Assembly (NCBI RefSeq): GCF_964355755.1 | Contig: NC_092679.1 | Coordinates: 19,947,432-20,011,431, forward strand | Source: Antedon mediterranea | Lineage: Eukaryota; Animalia; Echinodermata | Direction: 5' to 3' | DNA: 64,000 nucleotides | Shown: one piece after another, positions 36,801-49,200 of the stretch | How positions within the stretch are numbered: position 1 is the stretch's first letter | How the letters are laid out: each line of letters starts with the position of its first letter | The notes under the pieces: model-generated | The model's input: the letters and a program-made list of their open reading frames with translations, nothing else | Told to the model about the DNA's origin: nothing | Database searches by the model: none | Made by a program: the position numbers and the translations under genes

Positions 36801-38239
36801 ACTTTGACTGTTCAGCAAATCTATTTGCAGCAAATATAGCAGCTTCAAGCTCGACTTTATCGTGAGAGTCTAGGCCGCTTCTGATGCTGTGATGGACATT
36901 CTTACGCTCAGCAATAATAGGGGCAATACCACCTAGAACCCTGCAACAGAAACAATGAATATCAAAGTTATACTTGTCAATTGTATGACCCAATATAGAC
37001 CCCCGGGAGAGGTGCGTCATTTGTCCGATGTGCGCTATACCTTATGAATACCATGATGAACCTCTGCTTCAAAAAAGTGACTTACCTTTAGGTGACCATG
37101 ACGCACCCATTTTGGTGGTAAAGTGACAGACATTGACACACCATTGTTTATTGATGCGATGTATCATTTAGGTTTTTGACGCACACATGCGTCAATAATT
37201 ATTTGTAAATGATGCACCTCTCCTTATCTCATACAATTGACAAGTGCAGTACTAAACAAGAATTTATCAGTCGATTTTCCTATTGATATTTTTATTATGA
37301 CAAGTATTTTTACACGCAATTTGGCTCTTAGCCACGAGTTGTAATTATGGTTGATTTTTGATATTTGAAATAAAAGTGAAATAATAATAATGATATGTAA
37401 CTGTTTCTAAAGCATGTTATTAAGGGCCTCATTTAGATTTAAATACATCTTTACCTGAGCGTTATAGCTCTTGCAACTGGATCATTGCTATGAATTACGA
37501 AGAAGATCCTTCGCAGGAATTCGTCAGTGTTCAGAATCTTGTCAAGCTGTTTTTCACTTTGTTGCGTCACTTTCAGTACACACAAGCGTAGAAAATTATT
37601 TCTGTAAATTAGAAAATAAACGTTATTATTGTACACAGCATTGTGCAAATAATTAATTATTAATTGTTTATTATTAATAAATAAATTGATCATACCCATC
37701 TCTAAAAACATCAGCTAATTTGAGGAATGCAGAGTTAATAAGAATTGGAAATGGGTATTTCTCAAACATCCGTGGAAAGCGCACAATAGCTTCACACTGT
37801 TCTCCTACTTTGGTTGAACGCAGACCTAAAAAACAAACGTACAGAATATAATAATAAAATATTAAATAAGCCTAGTCTATAAAATGCATTATTGTTTTAT
37901 ATAATATATATTAATTATTCTGTTTAGTTATTTATTTTTTTGGCACCAATTGATGATGTTTCACTGCTGGACCTAGGCCTACCTATACCTTCACACACAT
38001 TTGCAACGTCGGCGGGAAATATCAACTGAGCGCCGTTTGCGTGCACCTCGAATGCAGATGTGCTAGGCCTAGCCTATTTTAATTAATGCATAAATGAATT
38101 TTATAATTGATATTTTCTAAGAAACAAGCTGATAAATGATACCTTTATCCAATTCCATGAGAGCTGAGTTAGCATCTTGTTCAGGTTCCCCATAATTTGC
38201 CTCTCCAAAACTTGTAAGCCGTGCAGCGACGGTCGCCAT
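27870..38239 (-). CDS. INTS7: Integrator complex subunit 7, about 21 coding exons. Approximate: 38239-38143, 37825-37696, 37601-37455, 36940-36803, 36668-36622, 36161-35962, 35405-35168, 34298-34088, 33759-33664, 33460-33315, 32883-32746, 32498-32451, 32151-31996, 31469-31275, 31029-30926, 30127-30059, 29740-29588, 29236-29125, 28949-28841, 28476-28391, 28160-27870
   Basis: Motifs EQDANSALMELDKG, QCEAIVRFPRMFEKYPFPILINSAFLKLADVFR, NNFLRLCVLKVTQQSEKQLDKILN, IHSNDPVARAITLR, VASEHYYFWL, SFDAD, PRYFFQSL, VEPHNDFFSTQFLL and IWKTGP, separated by GT-AG introns. Confidence 0.93.
30290..30560 (-). mobile_element. Diverged second copy of the Deu/Nin-like SINE
   Basis: ggggtagcccctact...ggacttacggtttatagtccttattcgagaacacttgttccaccaccagaac is shared with 14068-14178. 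Confidence 0.65.
30589..30800 (+). mobile_element. tRNA-derived SINE head with five tandem 24-bp copies of the T-arm/B-box
   Basis: gttgtagcttggtggttaacatgcttgccttccaa (A box, TCC loop) followed by (ccagggttcaatccYgacctagKK) five times at 30636-30755. Confidence 0.75.
32583..32729. repeat. 49-bp tandem repeat x3 in an INTS7 intron
   Basis: atgcttatcgttgctgYttgtcgtgccatagttaagcctagattgtctt repeated three times. Confidence 0.95.
33054..33208. mobile_element. Family A MITE with TAA target-site duplication
   Basis: taa-AGCTCTGTCTACAC...GTGTAGACAGAGCT-taa. Confidence 0.85.
34502..34610. repeat. Long inverted repeat (~48-bp arms) within a probable non-autonomous element at about 34470-34780
   Basis: aatggtacaaataatggcacgaggtgaatgatgaaaggttatatcaac / gttgatataacctttcatcattcaccaagtgccattatttgtaccatt, around gaggcaaagccga. 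Confidence 0.85.
35448..35631. mobile_element. Family A MITE with TTA target-site duplication
   Basis: tta-AGCTCTGTCTACAC...ATAGAGCT-tta, with three internal subrepeats. Confidence 0.85.
36515..36612 (-). mobile_element. Degraded fragment of the same tRNA-bearing repeat
   Basis: caggcaaagaa...aaaccgc...tgata.actgaaa.ttaatt...caaccgagattcgaacccgga parallels 12149-12278. Confidence 0.6.
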
Positions 38240-39468
38240 GTTTGTATTTTGATAAAAGTAAATCTTGGTCTGCTGCCCGCTATTTATAAAAACTTTTTTT
38301 TATTATCAGAAAACTATAGAGGGCAATATACAGATATTTTGTATTCTCAGGCGCGATTTATAAAAAAAAAATACATAACGGCAAATCAATAAATTTGTGT
38401 CCATCATAAGAATGATTATTTTCAATAATACAAAATATAGGCTACTCCATGCTCAAATAATAAAAATTGTCATGAAACAAAGTTATTTTCCTGTGGATCG
38501 TTAATGGACAATTTCTAAGCCTAAAAGGGCATATAGGCCTAATTTCATTGTTTAACATAAATTAAATACCGTGCAATTATATCGATATATCATTCATCGG
38601 CAAAGAGATAAGCCTTCGGCTATATAATATCATTGTTCATCGGTTAATACAGCAATATAAATAAATGTTCACACTAAGTCTAATAGTATTTATAACGTAT
38701 ACCTATGTCCGTGTCGTAGGATAGTTTAGGAGTAAATATTCATTTAGAACACAATGTCATTTTTAGAATTACGATGATTTACGTTTCATTTATTATTTAA
38801 TGGCCTTGCTTTTGATTGTTGAATATGAAACGAATATTTTTAGACATTTTCAATATTCTATCAATAGATAAACTAACAATAAACAAAACAAAAATAAACA
38901 ATACAGAAGTACATGCATCTTTTATAACATTTACTTTCCCAGGCTTTTTAACAACGGAAATAAACACCATTGTTACAATCTCTATTATGCCATGCCCATC
39001 TGTCTAAAATAGATTATCCATGTCCACTTAATAATTAATGGTAGGCCTAGTATATTTTCGGGATCGGTGAACACGAAGAGATAAAAATATATTATTGGAG
39101 TCATAAAGGTAACAACAACAAGTATTGGTGAGTTGTTACGCGATTTGCGCACTGCATATGAAATAATTCATAAAAAAAATATTACTGACAACATACCGGG
39201 TATCTATTAAATAATCCGGGACCTTAAATGTATGTTGTTCTAGGGTCTGGCGCGTTTCACGTGTGTCTATACACGTCGTATGCCATACTTAGTACTGTGG
39301 ATTGTTACGTCAGAAATAACGTGTCCCCTGATTATCCGTATCCTTTTTATACACGCGATGCCCTGCTCTTCAAAGAATTATACACATTATAATATATGTA
39401 TAATTCGATATTATATTATAACTGCAACTTTTAGTGAACATTGGTTGATTATTAAAAATGATTTCCCA

Positions 39469-39772
39469 GCATGTGGTTCCTATAGGAGGACGCAACGCAA
39501 GGCCGTAAGCGCAACGCAAGTAATTGACCAATAACAAACGTTGGATTATTCGAACTGTCCTTGGTCAACAAAAGCTTTGTTCCCACTAGGACGCAACACA
39601 TAGACGTAAGACGCAACTCAGGCGAATTGACAAATCAAAGAGCGATGGATTAAACTGTCGATTGTGTTGCGGCTTACGTCTTTACGTTGCGTCCTATAGT
39701 AGGAACCAAGCTTTTCTTGCGTTTTTGCGCTTAGGCTACGTCCTTGCGTTGCGTCCTAGTGGAAATGAAGCT
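39469..39772. mobile_element. Nested family B MITEs (inner copy about 39573-39712)
   Basis: Two left termini (tggttcctatagg; agctttgttcccactagg) followed by two right termini (aggaaccaagct; cctagtggaaatgaagct). Confidence 0.65.
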
Positions 39773-40290
39773 TTTATGGACCTGACTTTAGGGCCTAATA
39801 GGCCTACTACTTTTCAAACGCAGTGAAAAGCTGTGTTCTTCCCAGTGTCATAAATCATGATTGATTGACGGTGGTAAAGTGTAGTTCCTTGCTCCCCATT
39901 GAGGGTAACAATCCGATTTGGAATTTTAGATGAACCGGATGTTATGATCGTGGTTTACTCGCGTAGAGTAAAATATTTTACTCCAAAACAAATCTACCCT
40001 TACCCTAACCGTTACCGTATATAATTAACATACTTTTAAAAACATTGAACTTACAAATTGTTTATTTTATCTAACCACCAGTGCCAATACGATGTGTAGG
40101 TTTTCCAAGTACTAGGCATGTACTTAAAGATATTGCCCCTTGAAAAATTATTTTGGTTGAACAGGTCATTTTAGAGTCATAATGACTATTCACTTCACAT
40201 TAGATGGAAAATAAAAAATATAAATATATTTATCATTGGACTTCAAAAAATGTATATTATTATTTGCTCCGTTAATGCTTGGTTCTCTAT

Positions 40291-40332
40291 TGGGCTTGAT
40301 AATGACTCCATGATGGAGTTGAAACGTCTTTC
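40291..40332 (+). ncRNA. Degenerate variant hammerhead motif (U3-A8 core), probable PLE tail relic
   Basis: TTGATAA-t-gactcca-tga-tggagtt-GAAA-cg-TC. Good stem II and palindromic ACGT, but stem I is disrupted. Confidence 0.5.
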
Positions 40333-41056
40333 TTTTTTAAGCGTTATTTTTCTATTATGTATAAATATATTTACCCGACAAAATCTTAATTTATGAATAG
40401 TCAACCAGAATACCATTTCTGAAAGATAACGGAATGTTTTTTAAATGTAAAGAAGGAGAAATAATTTCTTTTGTTCTGGTTTTTCGGAAAATTAATAAGA
40501 TAATAAGATATATAAAGCGCACATATCAACAAAGTCCTCAAAGTAAAACTACAAAATGGCCGATTCAAAGTCTGATTTTTTATTCCTCTTTATTTTTCTA
40601 TGTTTCATGGTTCGATATAATATACTGTATCTTTAAAATAAGAGTATTTTTCCTGTGAATGTCGTAAAATTTAATTAGATTTTCTGTATGGCAACACGAC
40701 GACAATTTTCTTTACAAACACCACCGAACATTCCTCGGACCCACGTCATTAATAAACAAAATACCGTAGTAGAAAATAAGAAGAAAAACTGATTGTTTGG
40801 TGTTTAGTAGTAAACGAGAATGTTTTGATCATTTTTTTGGTTACGTCATCATCATCGTGTGTGGGGTCACAACACCACAAAACCAACCTGTCTAATTTAA
40901 TACTCCTCGTTAAGAACGACTGTTGACGTACATGTCTGATGACAAGAAGGCCGCGTTCGCATTAGCAAAATAGTGTTATTGAATTTGATGACGACATAGT
41001 AATCGTCACTTTAGAAAATGTATATTTGCTCCGTTAAGTGCTTGGTTCGCTATTAA

Positions 41057-42136
41057 GGCCCTGTTCAGACCCATGGCGTTAGACCGTTTTAGCGTACAAC
41101 GTTACTATCAAGGTCACGTTACAAACCGCAGAGAAAAAAACGAGGTGTTCAGACCCATAGCGTACGATTATCGTTACAACGGAAGTACGTCATCCAGGTT
41201 GTTTCTAGTTGCATATTCATGTGCTCTTACCCACGTGTTTTCATCATTATTTCCACTGTATATAGGCCTAGATCTCAGCCCTACAATTATGACAAAATTT
41301 GCCGTAAATAAAACATACCTCAGCATTTATTTAAGAAAAATATAGTAAAGCCAAATTTCTGTTTCTATTGTTTTTATTTTGTTTGTAGTAAAAAACATTT
41401 TCCCAAGGCTCTTGTGTTACGAAAATAAAGCAGGCCTCGTAATGATGAAGAAAAAATGATTGTGATTAGTCTATCCAGTCCAGTCAAAGATTATATTCTT
41501 TGGTCCAGTCGGTTGAAAATAATCCTTAACTTGCTAATAAAAGGGACACAGCTCCCCTTGTTTGTTTACTGATTTTTTTAGGAGTTAGGGGGTTTTCAGC
41601 ATTAAACTTATCCAGTCTAGTCTGCCTTGTATGATGAATGAGTGACTTGATGTCCCACGCTAGTTTTTAGCTTGAATGAAATGCGTGAATGGCTCTAGGC
41701 CTAGCTAGGCCTAAAAGCGGTTGGGATCGTAGTCCCTATGTTTAAATACAAGGTGCATGTATTTATGTCATTTGTTAGAAAATATAATAGTAATCAGTTG
41801 ATAGTAGTTTGTAGCCTTTGTAACAGTTGTATTTGTAGTGTAGTTAGGCCTTATTTATTCTGGCCTTTTTGTTATTGAAATCCATCTCACACATTGACGA
41901 TACAAGATGTCAGCCTAGGTCAAACCTTGTTTCGCGTCATAACAGGAAACGTTCTGATTGGATACAACGTTGACTTACAGTAGCGTCGTACGCTAAAACG
42001 GTACTATCAACCGTTTTCCACTACAACGCTACAACCGTTGTACGACGCGTTGTACGCTAATCCCCAACTGTTCAGACACACATTCTTTTAGCGTCGTACG
42101 CTAAAACGGTCTAACGCCATGGGTCTGAACAGGGCC
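41057..42136. mobile_element. 1.08-kb non-autonomous PIF/Harbinger-type DNA transposon
   Basis: Perfect ~41-bp TIRs GGCCCTGTTCAGACCCATGGCGTTAGACCGTTTTAGCGTAC, TAA duplicated on both sides, subterminal repeats and no transposase ORF. Confidence 0.9.
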
Positions 42137-42137
42137 T

Positions 42138-43020
42138 AAGAAGGTTATTAACATTGTTCGCGATAACTTTTCAATTTTGACTGAAGATAAATCCGCTACA
42201 AAAGATATTTTTCAAGAACCACCCATGATAGCTTACAGACGTGATCAAAGCATTAAAGACACTTTAGTTAAATCTAAATTACAAAACCAAGGTAATGAAT
42301 CAACTGGAACATTCAAATGTAATAGAAATAGATGTTCGACATGTAATTACGTTTCATGTTCAAACCAAATAGTAGGACCTTCTGGTAATTATGTGATCAC
42401 AGATCGTATTACGTGCACCACTAGAAATCTAGTTTATTGTATTTCGTGTACTAAATGTAATATGCTTTATATTGGTGAAACTAAACGCAGGTTAGGTGAT
42501 AGGTTTGTAGAACATTTAAGGTCTATTAAACTAAAGACTCCCGGATTACCTGTAGCCACCTATTTTTGTAATAATGAGCATTCCCTTTCGGATATTACTA
42601 TTTCTGGTGTTAAAGTATGTAATGGTTCTGAGACATCTCGTAGAATTATAGAAGAAAGAATAATTGTAAAGCTTGGCACTCTTGCCCCTACCGGCATAAA
42701 TGTACAATTTAGATCCTTTAAACATTAATTTTGCCAGAGACATTCACATATTAACAATTATTTACACTTGAAGCTTTTGTCTTTGTTTTAAATTTCCTGC
42801 TTTATAAGCAACCATTCCTGCTTTTTACACCATAGCTTTTGGAGGCGTGCCTTTATAACTATGCCTTTTGTTTGTTAACATCTTTGATTGGCTGATTTGT
42901 TTTATTATGTAATTTTGTGACTTATATATGTTATCCTTTGTTACAATTCTTTTCACCTGATGATGGGCTATGCCCGAAACATGTCGTTAAAATAAATCTA
43001 TATTGAGGCAGTTTTAACTT
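42138..43020 (+). mobile_element. 5'-truncated Penelope-like retroelement (Neptune-like) retaining the GIY-YIG endonuclease region and 3' tail
   Basis: ORF to 42728: IVRDNFSIL...IFQEPPMIAYRR, Cys linker CNRNRCSTC, NLVYCISCTKCNMLYIGETKRRLGDRFVEH, LGTLAPTGIN. No RT domain present. A hammerhead motif lies downstream. Confidence 0.9.
42951..42991 (+). ncRNA. Minimal type I hammerhead ribozyme motif of the PLE
   Basis: ac-CTGATGA-t-gggc-tat-gccc-GAAA-catg-TC-gt: intact core, stem II, palindromic ACATGT stem III and a weak stem I. Confidence 0.8.
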
Positions 43021-46000
43021 ATTTGATCTTGATTTTTTTCTATATCCTGCCTATGCAGCTCTTTGATTTATATATATATATTTTTTATATTTTTTGTGTA
43101 AACATTTTTAGTATGTTTTCGTTCTGTGTTATTTGTTATTTGTTTTATATGACTGTAACGTACGGTTTGTACGCATATGATAACTCCACAACTGCTGTGC
43201 TGAATCAACCTTATAACGTATGACTCTTCACAGATTATAATTTAATGTCTGTTTACACAATACATTATGCATCACGAAGTGTACACAATAATCATCGTAA
43301 ATGTTTTAACGATTTCAAGTACTCGAAATTCTACCGAGTGACACAGTTAAAAGGTTAATAAGATGCAAAAAGGCCCATATATTATTATAATATATGAAAA
43401 TAATATTTGTTGACAATGTACAGTGCATCAGTGGGGGTGTTCCAAATAGGGGTTCTGTAACTGTGTCCATTTGACAAGGGACCCCCATCCCCCCGCGTAA
43501 TCCGGAATTCTGTAATCCGACTCATTGTGTCTTCCTTCTTAAAAGCTTTTCGCAGATTACATAAAACGGATTAAATGCAACAATACACCATAAGGTGAAT
43601 GCTTGCTAATTAATGTTAATGTTTACAGTAAGTTATTACTTGTTGTTTTTAGGTTTCTGAATCAATCCTTAACACAATCAATCCATGGAGGTGATCAATC
43701 CAATCGTCCCTGTTCAAATAAATCCCCGCAGTGATAGTTTAGTAGCTTGATTATCTTGTTACAAGAGACAAGCTTGAATGCGAGAGGATAATCCGTTAAG
43801 TGGTGTTTCGTAAATAAGCCCACACATCTCAAAACTGCCTCACTGGCTTAAGCATCCTGCTAAGGCCTAACTCCTAAATAAACTTCCTGCTCGATTACCG
43901 TAAAATAGGCCTATCATTTGACGGGAATGTATCGAGTTAAACTCTGTCTACACTATCAAAATTTATGTGACAAAACAAATGTGATCTGTGCCCATTGTGG
44001 ACACGATGATGTCATATCACTACCATACTTGGGCAAATCACAAATTGGTCAAACTAGTTTGATAGTGTGGACAGAGCTTAAAATGTTAGTGACGGTCATC
44101 AAAATATATAAATCAAATTTGAATGTGTAGACAGACTTTAGGGCTACGTATACTTTAGGTTCGTCTGTACTGGAAATGATACACTAAACAACAGCATTCT
44201 TATCGCCTTTTCTTTGTAGGCCTATATTGGGGTAGAAGGTATAATTAAACGCCTAATCAAGTTAATTACAGATTCCAAGAACAAGTGAAAGGCCGCTAAT
44301 TAGACATAAAACCACTTCCGTCGTGTTTTTCTTTTTTTGTGGAACATTATTAATATATTTCGTGGAATGAAGCCACATGTTAAAAATCGACGAATTAATG
44401 CGTTTATTTTATGGTCATTATTTTAATCATCTTATTATTAATTTACTTGTAGAGAATTACCCCCCCCCCCCAACCCCCCTAGTTTAAAATAAACACAGTA
44501 GAACATTCTACTTTAGCACACTTTCCTATGAAACAAAATGAGGAGAAATATGCTTCAAAACGGTAACCAACCCCCTTTTGGGGGATACCTTTAAGGGTAC
44601 ACTGGGTTGATATTTTTTCTCTAACACGTCACGATCGGATTGGCTAGAAGTTTCTATACAGTAGTCAAGTCAGTGTGTCTGATTACTGTATCCTGTAGTC
44701 CAGTAGACCTACTAAAAATACAAAGGAGAAGTAGGCTTATAAGTTGTGGCAATTGATATTTGACCGGTGGTTTAAGGTGCTTGACCCTTAGAGAAACCAC
44801 AGACCAATAAAGTAAAGAAGAAGAGCTTGAATGGAATGAATGAATGAATCACAACACACACTTTCTAGGCCAAGTCTGGTTGATATACAAGTGCTAAGTC
44901 ACATCATTATGGATATGATGTGGGGATGATTCAGAAAGCACGGTAGCTCAAACACGTTATTTGTAACACACACTTTCTAGGCCAAGTCGGGTTGATAATA
45001 CAAGTGCTAAGTATGTGGGGGATGATTCAGAGAGCACAGTAGCTCCAACACGTTATTTGTCTGCTACCGATGATCAGAGGCCTAGATTTATTTATTGTCT
45101 GCCGTCCGTCGATGCATAATTAATATTCATACATTCATCATGAATAATACAAATTAATCATCGGAAAGTAAAGGCACATTTGATGGTCCAATTGTTACAC
45201 TGATTGGTGATGGTATTGTTGCGGTAGGCCTAACTCTTCATCGATGAGTCATTAAGGCCGGTCTTTTATACGGCGGATAATACTGGATATCCGAATTGGT
45301 GAGACAGTAGAATAGCTCTATCGTATCATTATGTTGTTATCTGTTTTTTAGGAAGTGAAAACATAACATTAGCTCTTGTCTGTAAAACTTACTGACGTAG
45401 GTGGATCTTAAGTGCATGTCATTGCTGGAAAGTGTGAGTTAATAGATAATATAGGCATAATACACAAAATATTATTGTTTCTTTGATGATTAGATACGTT
45501 TGACGTCACACACGTTTTAATAGCACTGTTTTCTTTGCATTAATTTACACTGTTAAAATAAATTTTAAAAACATCGTTCTACCAATTATGGAAATAAATG
45601 TATAATTATTATTGTATTATTCGTATTGTGTTATTGTTTTTTAGCTCTTCTCTCAATTTCTGGACGATTTTTATTTAATAAATTGAAATTGATAATACTT
45701 TTAATAATAATTCATAACAATGTTTTTAAATCGTTATACAATACACCGAATAATCGCCAGTGCTATTTTAAAATACTGTATTGTAAAAAAGTTTGTTGCC
45801 GCCCTCTATAAACTTTGTGGGCGGAGCTAGCTTGAGTGGGAAAAGCGTGTCGGTAGTTCATTTGCATGTAAACGAAAAGTCACCGAGTTCCTGGTTTCGG
45901 AACTGTCGGTGAATTTTAAAGCACAAGTGTTCCTCGTTTTGAAGTTAGTTGTAAAGTTTACTCACTAGTAAGAGGACCGGTGTTTTTTTTAACCAAATTA

Positions 46001-46207
46001 TTATTAATTAGAAAACCGGTAGCTTTTCTCATAGGATTTTATAATTGCTTTACACATTCTTCTTGGATATTTAACTTTGTAGTGTTGAAGCGTGTGGTGC
46101 TTTTTTTGACTTGTTAGAAATCCAACCACACCGCCAATCAAGTTCAAGTAGAAGTCATTGTTAGAAGAGATGCTGGCAGGTCTTGCATATTAATTAAATA
46201 ACATCAA

Positions 46208-49200
46208 ATGGTTTTAACAAGTTGTACTAAAGATTTTCGAGACTTACATTCGACTCGTTGCAAAGCAATGCCTCCGTACGTACAAGCTTCAAATGGTGAT
46301 AATAATTGGATTTGTAATGAAAAGAAGTTGGTGATGGCTAATGAGAAACTCAAGGAATTAGAATCGCAGACAGCAGCAGACGAGAAGGTTGAAAGGACAG
46401 TAAAATGCGTCTTGCTAGGCGATGGTGCTGTAGGCAAGACTAGCCTAGTTGTGAGCTACACTACAAATGGGTACCCTACAGAATATGTACCAACAGCATT
46501 TGATAATTATTCAGGTAAGACTACTGCTTGCATAAAAACTAAAATTGTATTATACTAACATAGGCCTAGCCTAGGCCTTTTTCATTTGTGGAATATTAAA
46601 ATTACAGTACAGGTTTTTTATTTATTATTTCTTATGCCAAACTATTATATTGTAGAATTAACTCTATGGAGTACATGGGGAGGACTTTGTGGGTGTTGTT
46701 GAGAAAAATACAGAACCGAGACCTAATGTCTGACTTAATGAATTTAACCGCCAATGTCTATACAATTATAATTATTAATGGGAAAAGTTCGCACTCAGGT
46801 TATACCTCTTTAGCATTAACTCCAACATACATCTATTGAAATTAAGTTTGTCCCTGGAACGCGACCTGTTAACGACACGGTTGGATGCTGGAGGACCAGC
46901 AGCGAGAGGTGGTGTTTTAGCCCTAACCTTGACTGCCAAATGACCTAAAAACTTAAGCCTTGGGCTTTTATCTCTCTAAATCCACACATATTTTTAATAT
47001 TTTGTTTTCATTTATTTTTGTAGTTGTATTAAAAGTAGACAGTCAGCCAGTAAAATTTCAACTTTGTGACACAGCCGGACAGGTAAGAAAACAAAAATTA
47101 AGGACATTTTTTAATTTAAAAGTACCAATAGTGTTGAACAAGTTGACACATTTGGTAAAAAGAAGGGGAAGTGGGGGTTGGGAAGAGTTAATTAAATCAC
47201 TAATTGGCGTAATATTATTATGTAAACAACCCTATCGATAACCATACCCTTTTTAGTCTACTAATAAAACATCACTTTCAAATGATACCAAGCATCGATC
47301 CAAAAACAAAATATCACACCCACCACAGTGTTTATACACACCGTCATTCTATTCATCGGCCAGAAATTTGATAACTTTTGCAGACTATTGAGATGGAAAA
47401 TAGTGTGGCGTTAATCCGACGATTATTGATTTATCTTGTTACACGAACCTTGATGTTGCATATTTCATACAAAGCCAAATACAGTCAAGCCAGCTTAACT
47501 GGTTACGTATAATATTTATAGTTATCAAATTGCAACAAAGCATTCCACATGATTTCAACCATAATTGGATAAAAATTCTAGGATTAAGAAAATTATTATA
47601 ATAAGAGTGAAACTTGCACCATTTTTGGTCATTTAAAAGAAATGTATAAAAATTGAAAACGTCACAAAAATGTTAAGCCAATTGTATGCTTCATTGGAAG
47701 GTGTTAAAATCCAGATGTAGAATTAGGAAGTACAGTGTGGTAATGGTATGTCAACATAGCACCTGGTCGTATGGTAGACTTGCTTTTAATTATTTCTAAA
47801 AAAATCACTGTTACTCTAATAAAATTGTATATACAAATTCCGTCTATCAATTTATAAAGATTCAATAAAACCTGAAAGGGCTTCAGATGTGCTGTAACAT
47901 TAATAATAATAATGACCTTTGTGGTCAATTAAACCAGTGACCTATATCTTTGACCACCATGGGTTAAATTGACACAGATGCCTGTTACAATCAAGATGAA
48001 TCTGGGATTATAGCACTTCAATTTTCTGTTTAGTATTACAATACAATATAATGAATTAATTTAAATTACTTTATACTGTATGGGTGATATACTGTAATAA
48101 TGAGATTTTGACACAATCAGCTGTAGTGTATAAGAATTTTTTTTTTCAAAAAGTGCCTTAAAAATTACACCACTGAATGCATTAAAATTGTCATTGATTT
48201 TGTATACCGTATATAGTATTTTACCAGGTGTAACTCAAATCACAGGAAATATTTAATAATTAGTTTGACCACAATTACCACAAATAAACAGCATAATAAT
48301 AGGACGATGATGTCAGGGTGGTCCCCATAGCAAATAATTACCATTAATGATTACTACACCAGTAATGGCAGAAGGTCAAACCATGGTGTAACAAAAAATT
48401 ATAATCATATGCGACCTTCGGTAACACAGAACACAGTTTACATTAATTGAAAGCATATTAACAAACGTACAGTACAGTATAGCAGTATTAAGTATATTGG
48501 GTCTATTCCATGAGAGCAAAGAATTTAGTTAAAAAAAATTATTAACAATATGTACAGCAGTATGGTGGACTGTAATCTTCGGATATTTTGTTCACCAAAA
48601 TACTATTAAATTTTAGGTCTATTCCATGAGAGAAAGACCAGAATTTAGTGCAAAAAAAAAGTTTATTAACAATATGTATGGTGTCATTTCTGTTCATAAT
48701 CTTCAGATCTTTTCTTCACCAAAATACTATTAAATTTTATTATGCTAGATTACTTACTGCCATTTTGGGGTTATTCACTGTTGTTAAACTTGACTGCCGT
48801 TGGGCTTTCCATTCTCATTGCCAGGTTTCCCATACAGCAACAAAAGCGTCTCAAAACGCATGACTTACTAAATATTGTCTGAGGCCACGTTGCCTTAACT
48901 TCCATAATTCATGCCACACAAAGGTGCAAATACTGCGATGCTCCAAGCTAAATATACAACAAAACATAATCCTTTTATGAATACAACTAATTTCCTAAAT
49001 TTATACAAAGAACAAACTTTTAAATGGGTTCAAATTTTGGCTTTCTTTTTATGGATTTTTTTCCTAATGTAATGGTGTTTGGTGTATATTTCATGATGTC
49101 TGGTTATAAAGCACTTGAACCATAAACCACAATTTACTATTGAACATAGCTAATTCAATAAAAAAAATCACTAAATTGTAATAATAATGAAAAATTTACA

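Noticed and set aside
40930-40965. CTGATGA motif suggesting another hammerhead
   Set aside because: No stem II and no GAAA at the right spacing.
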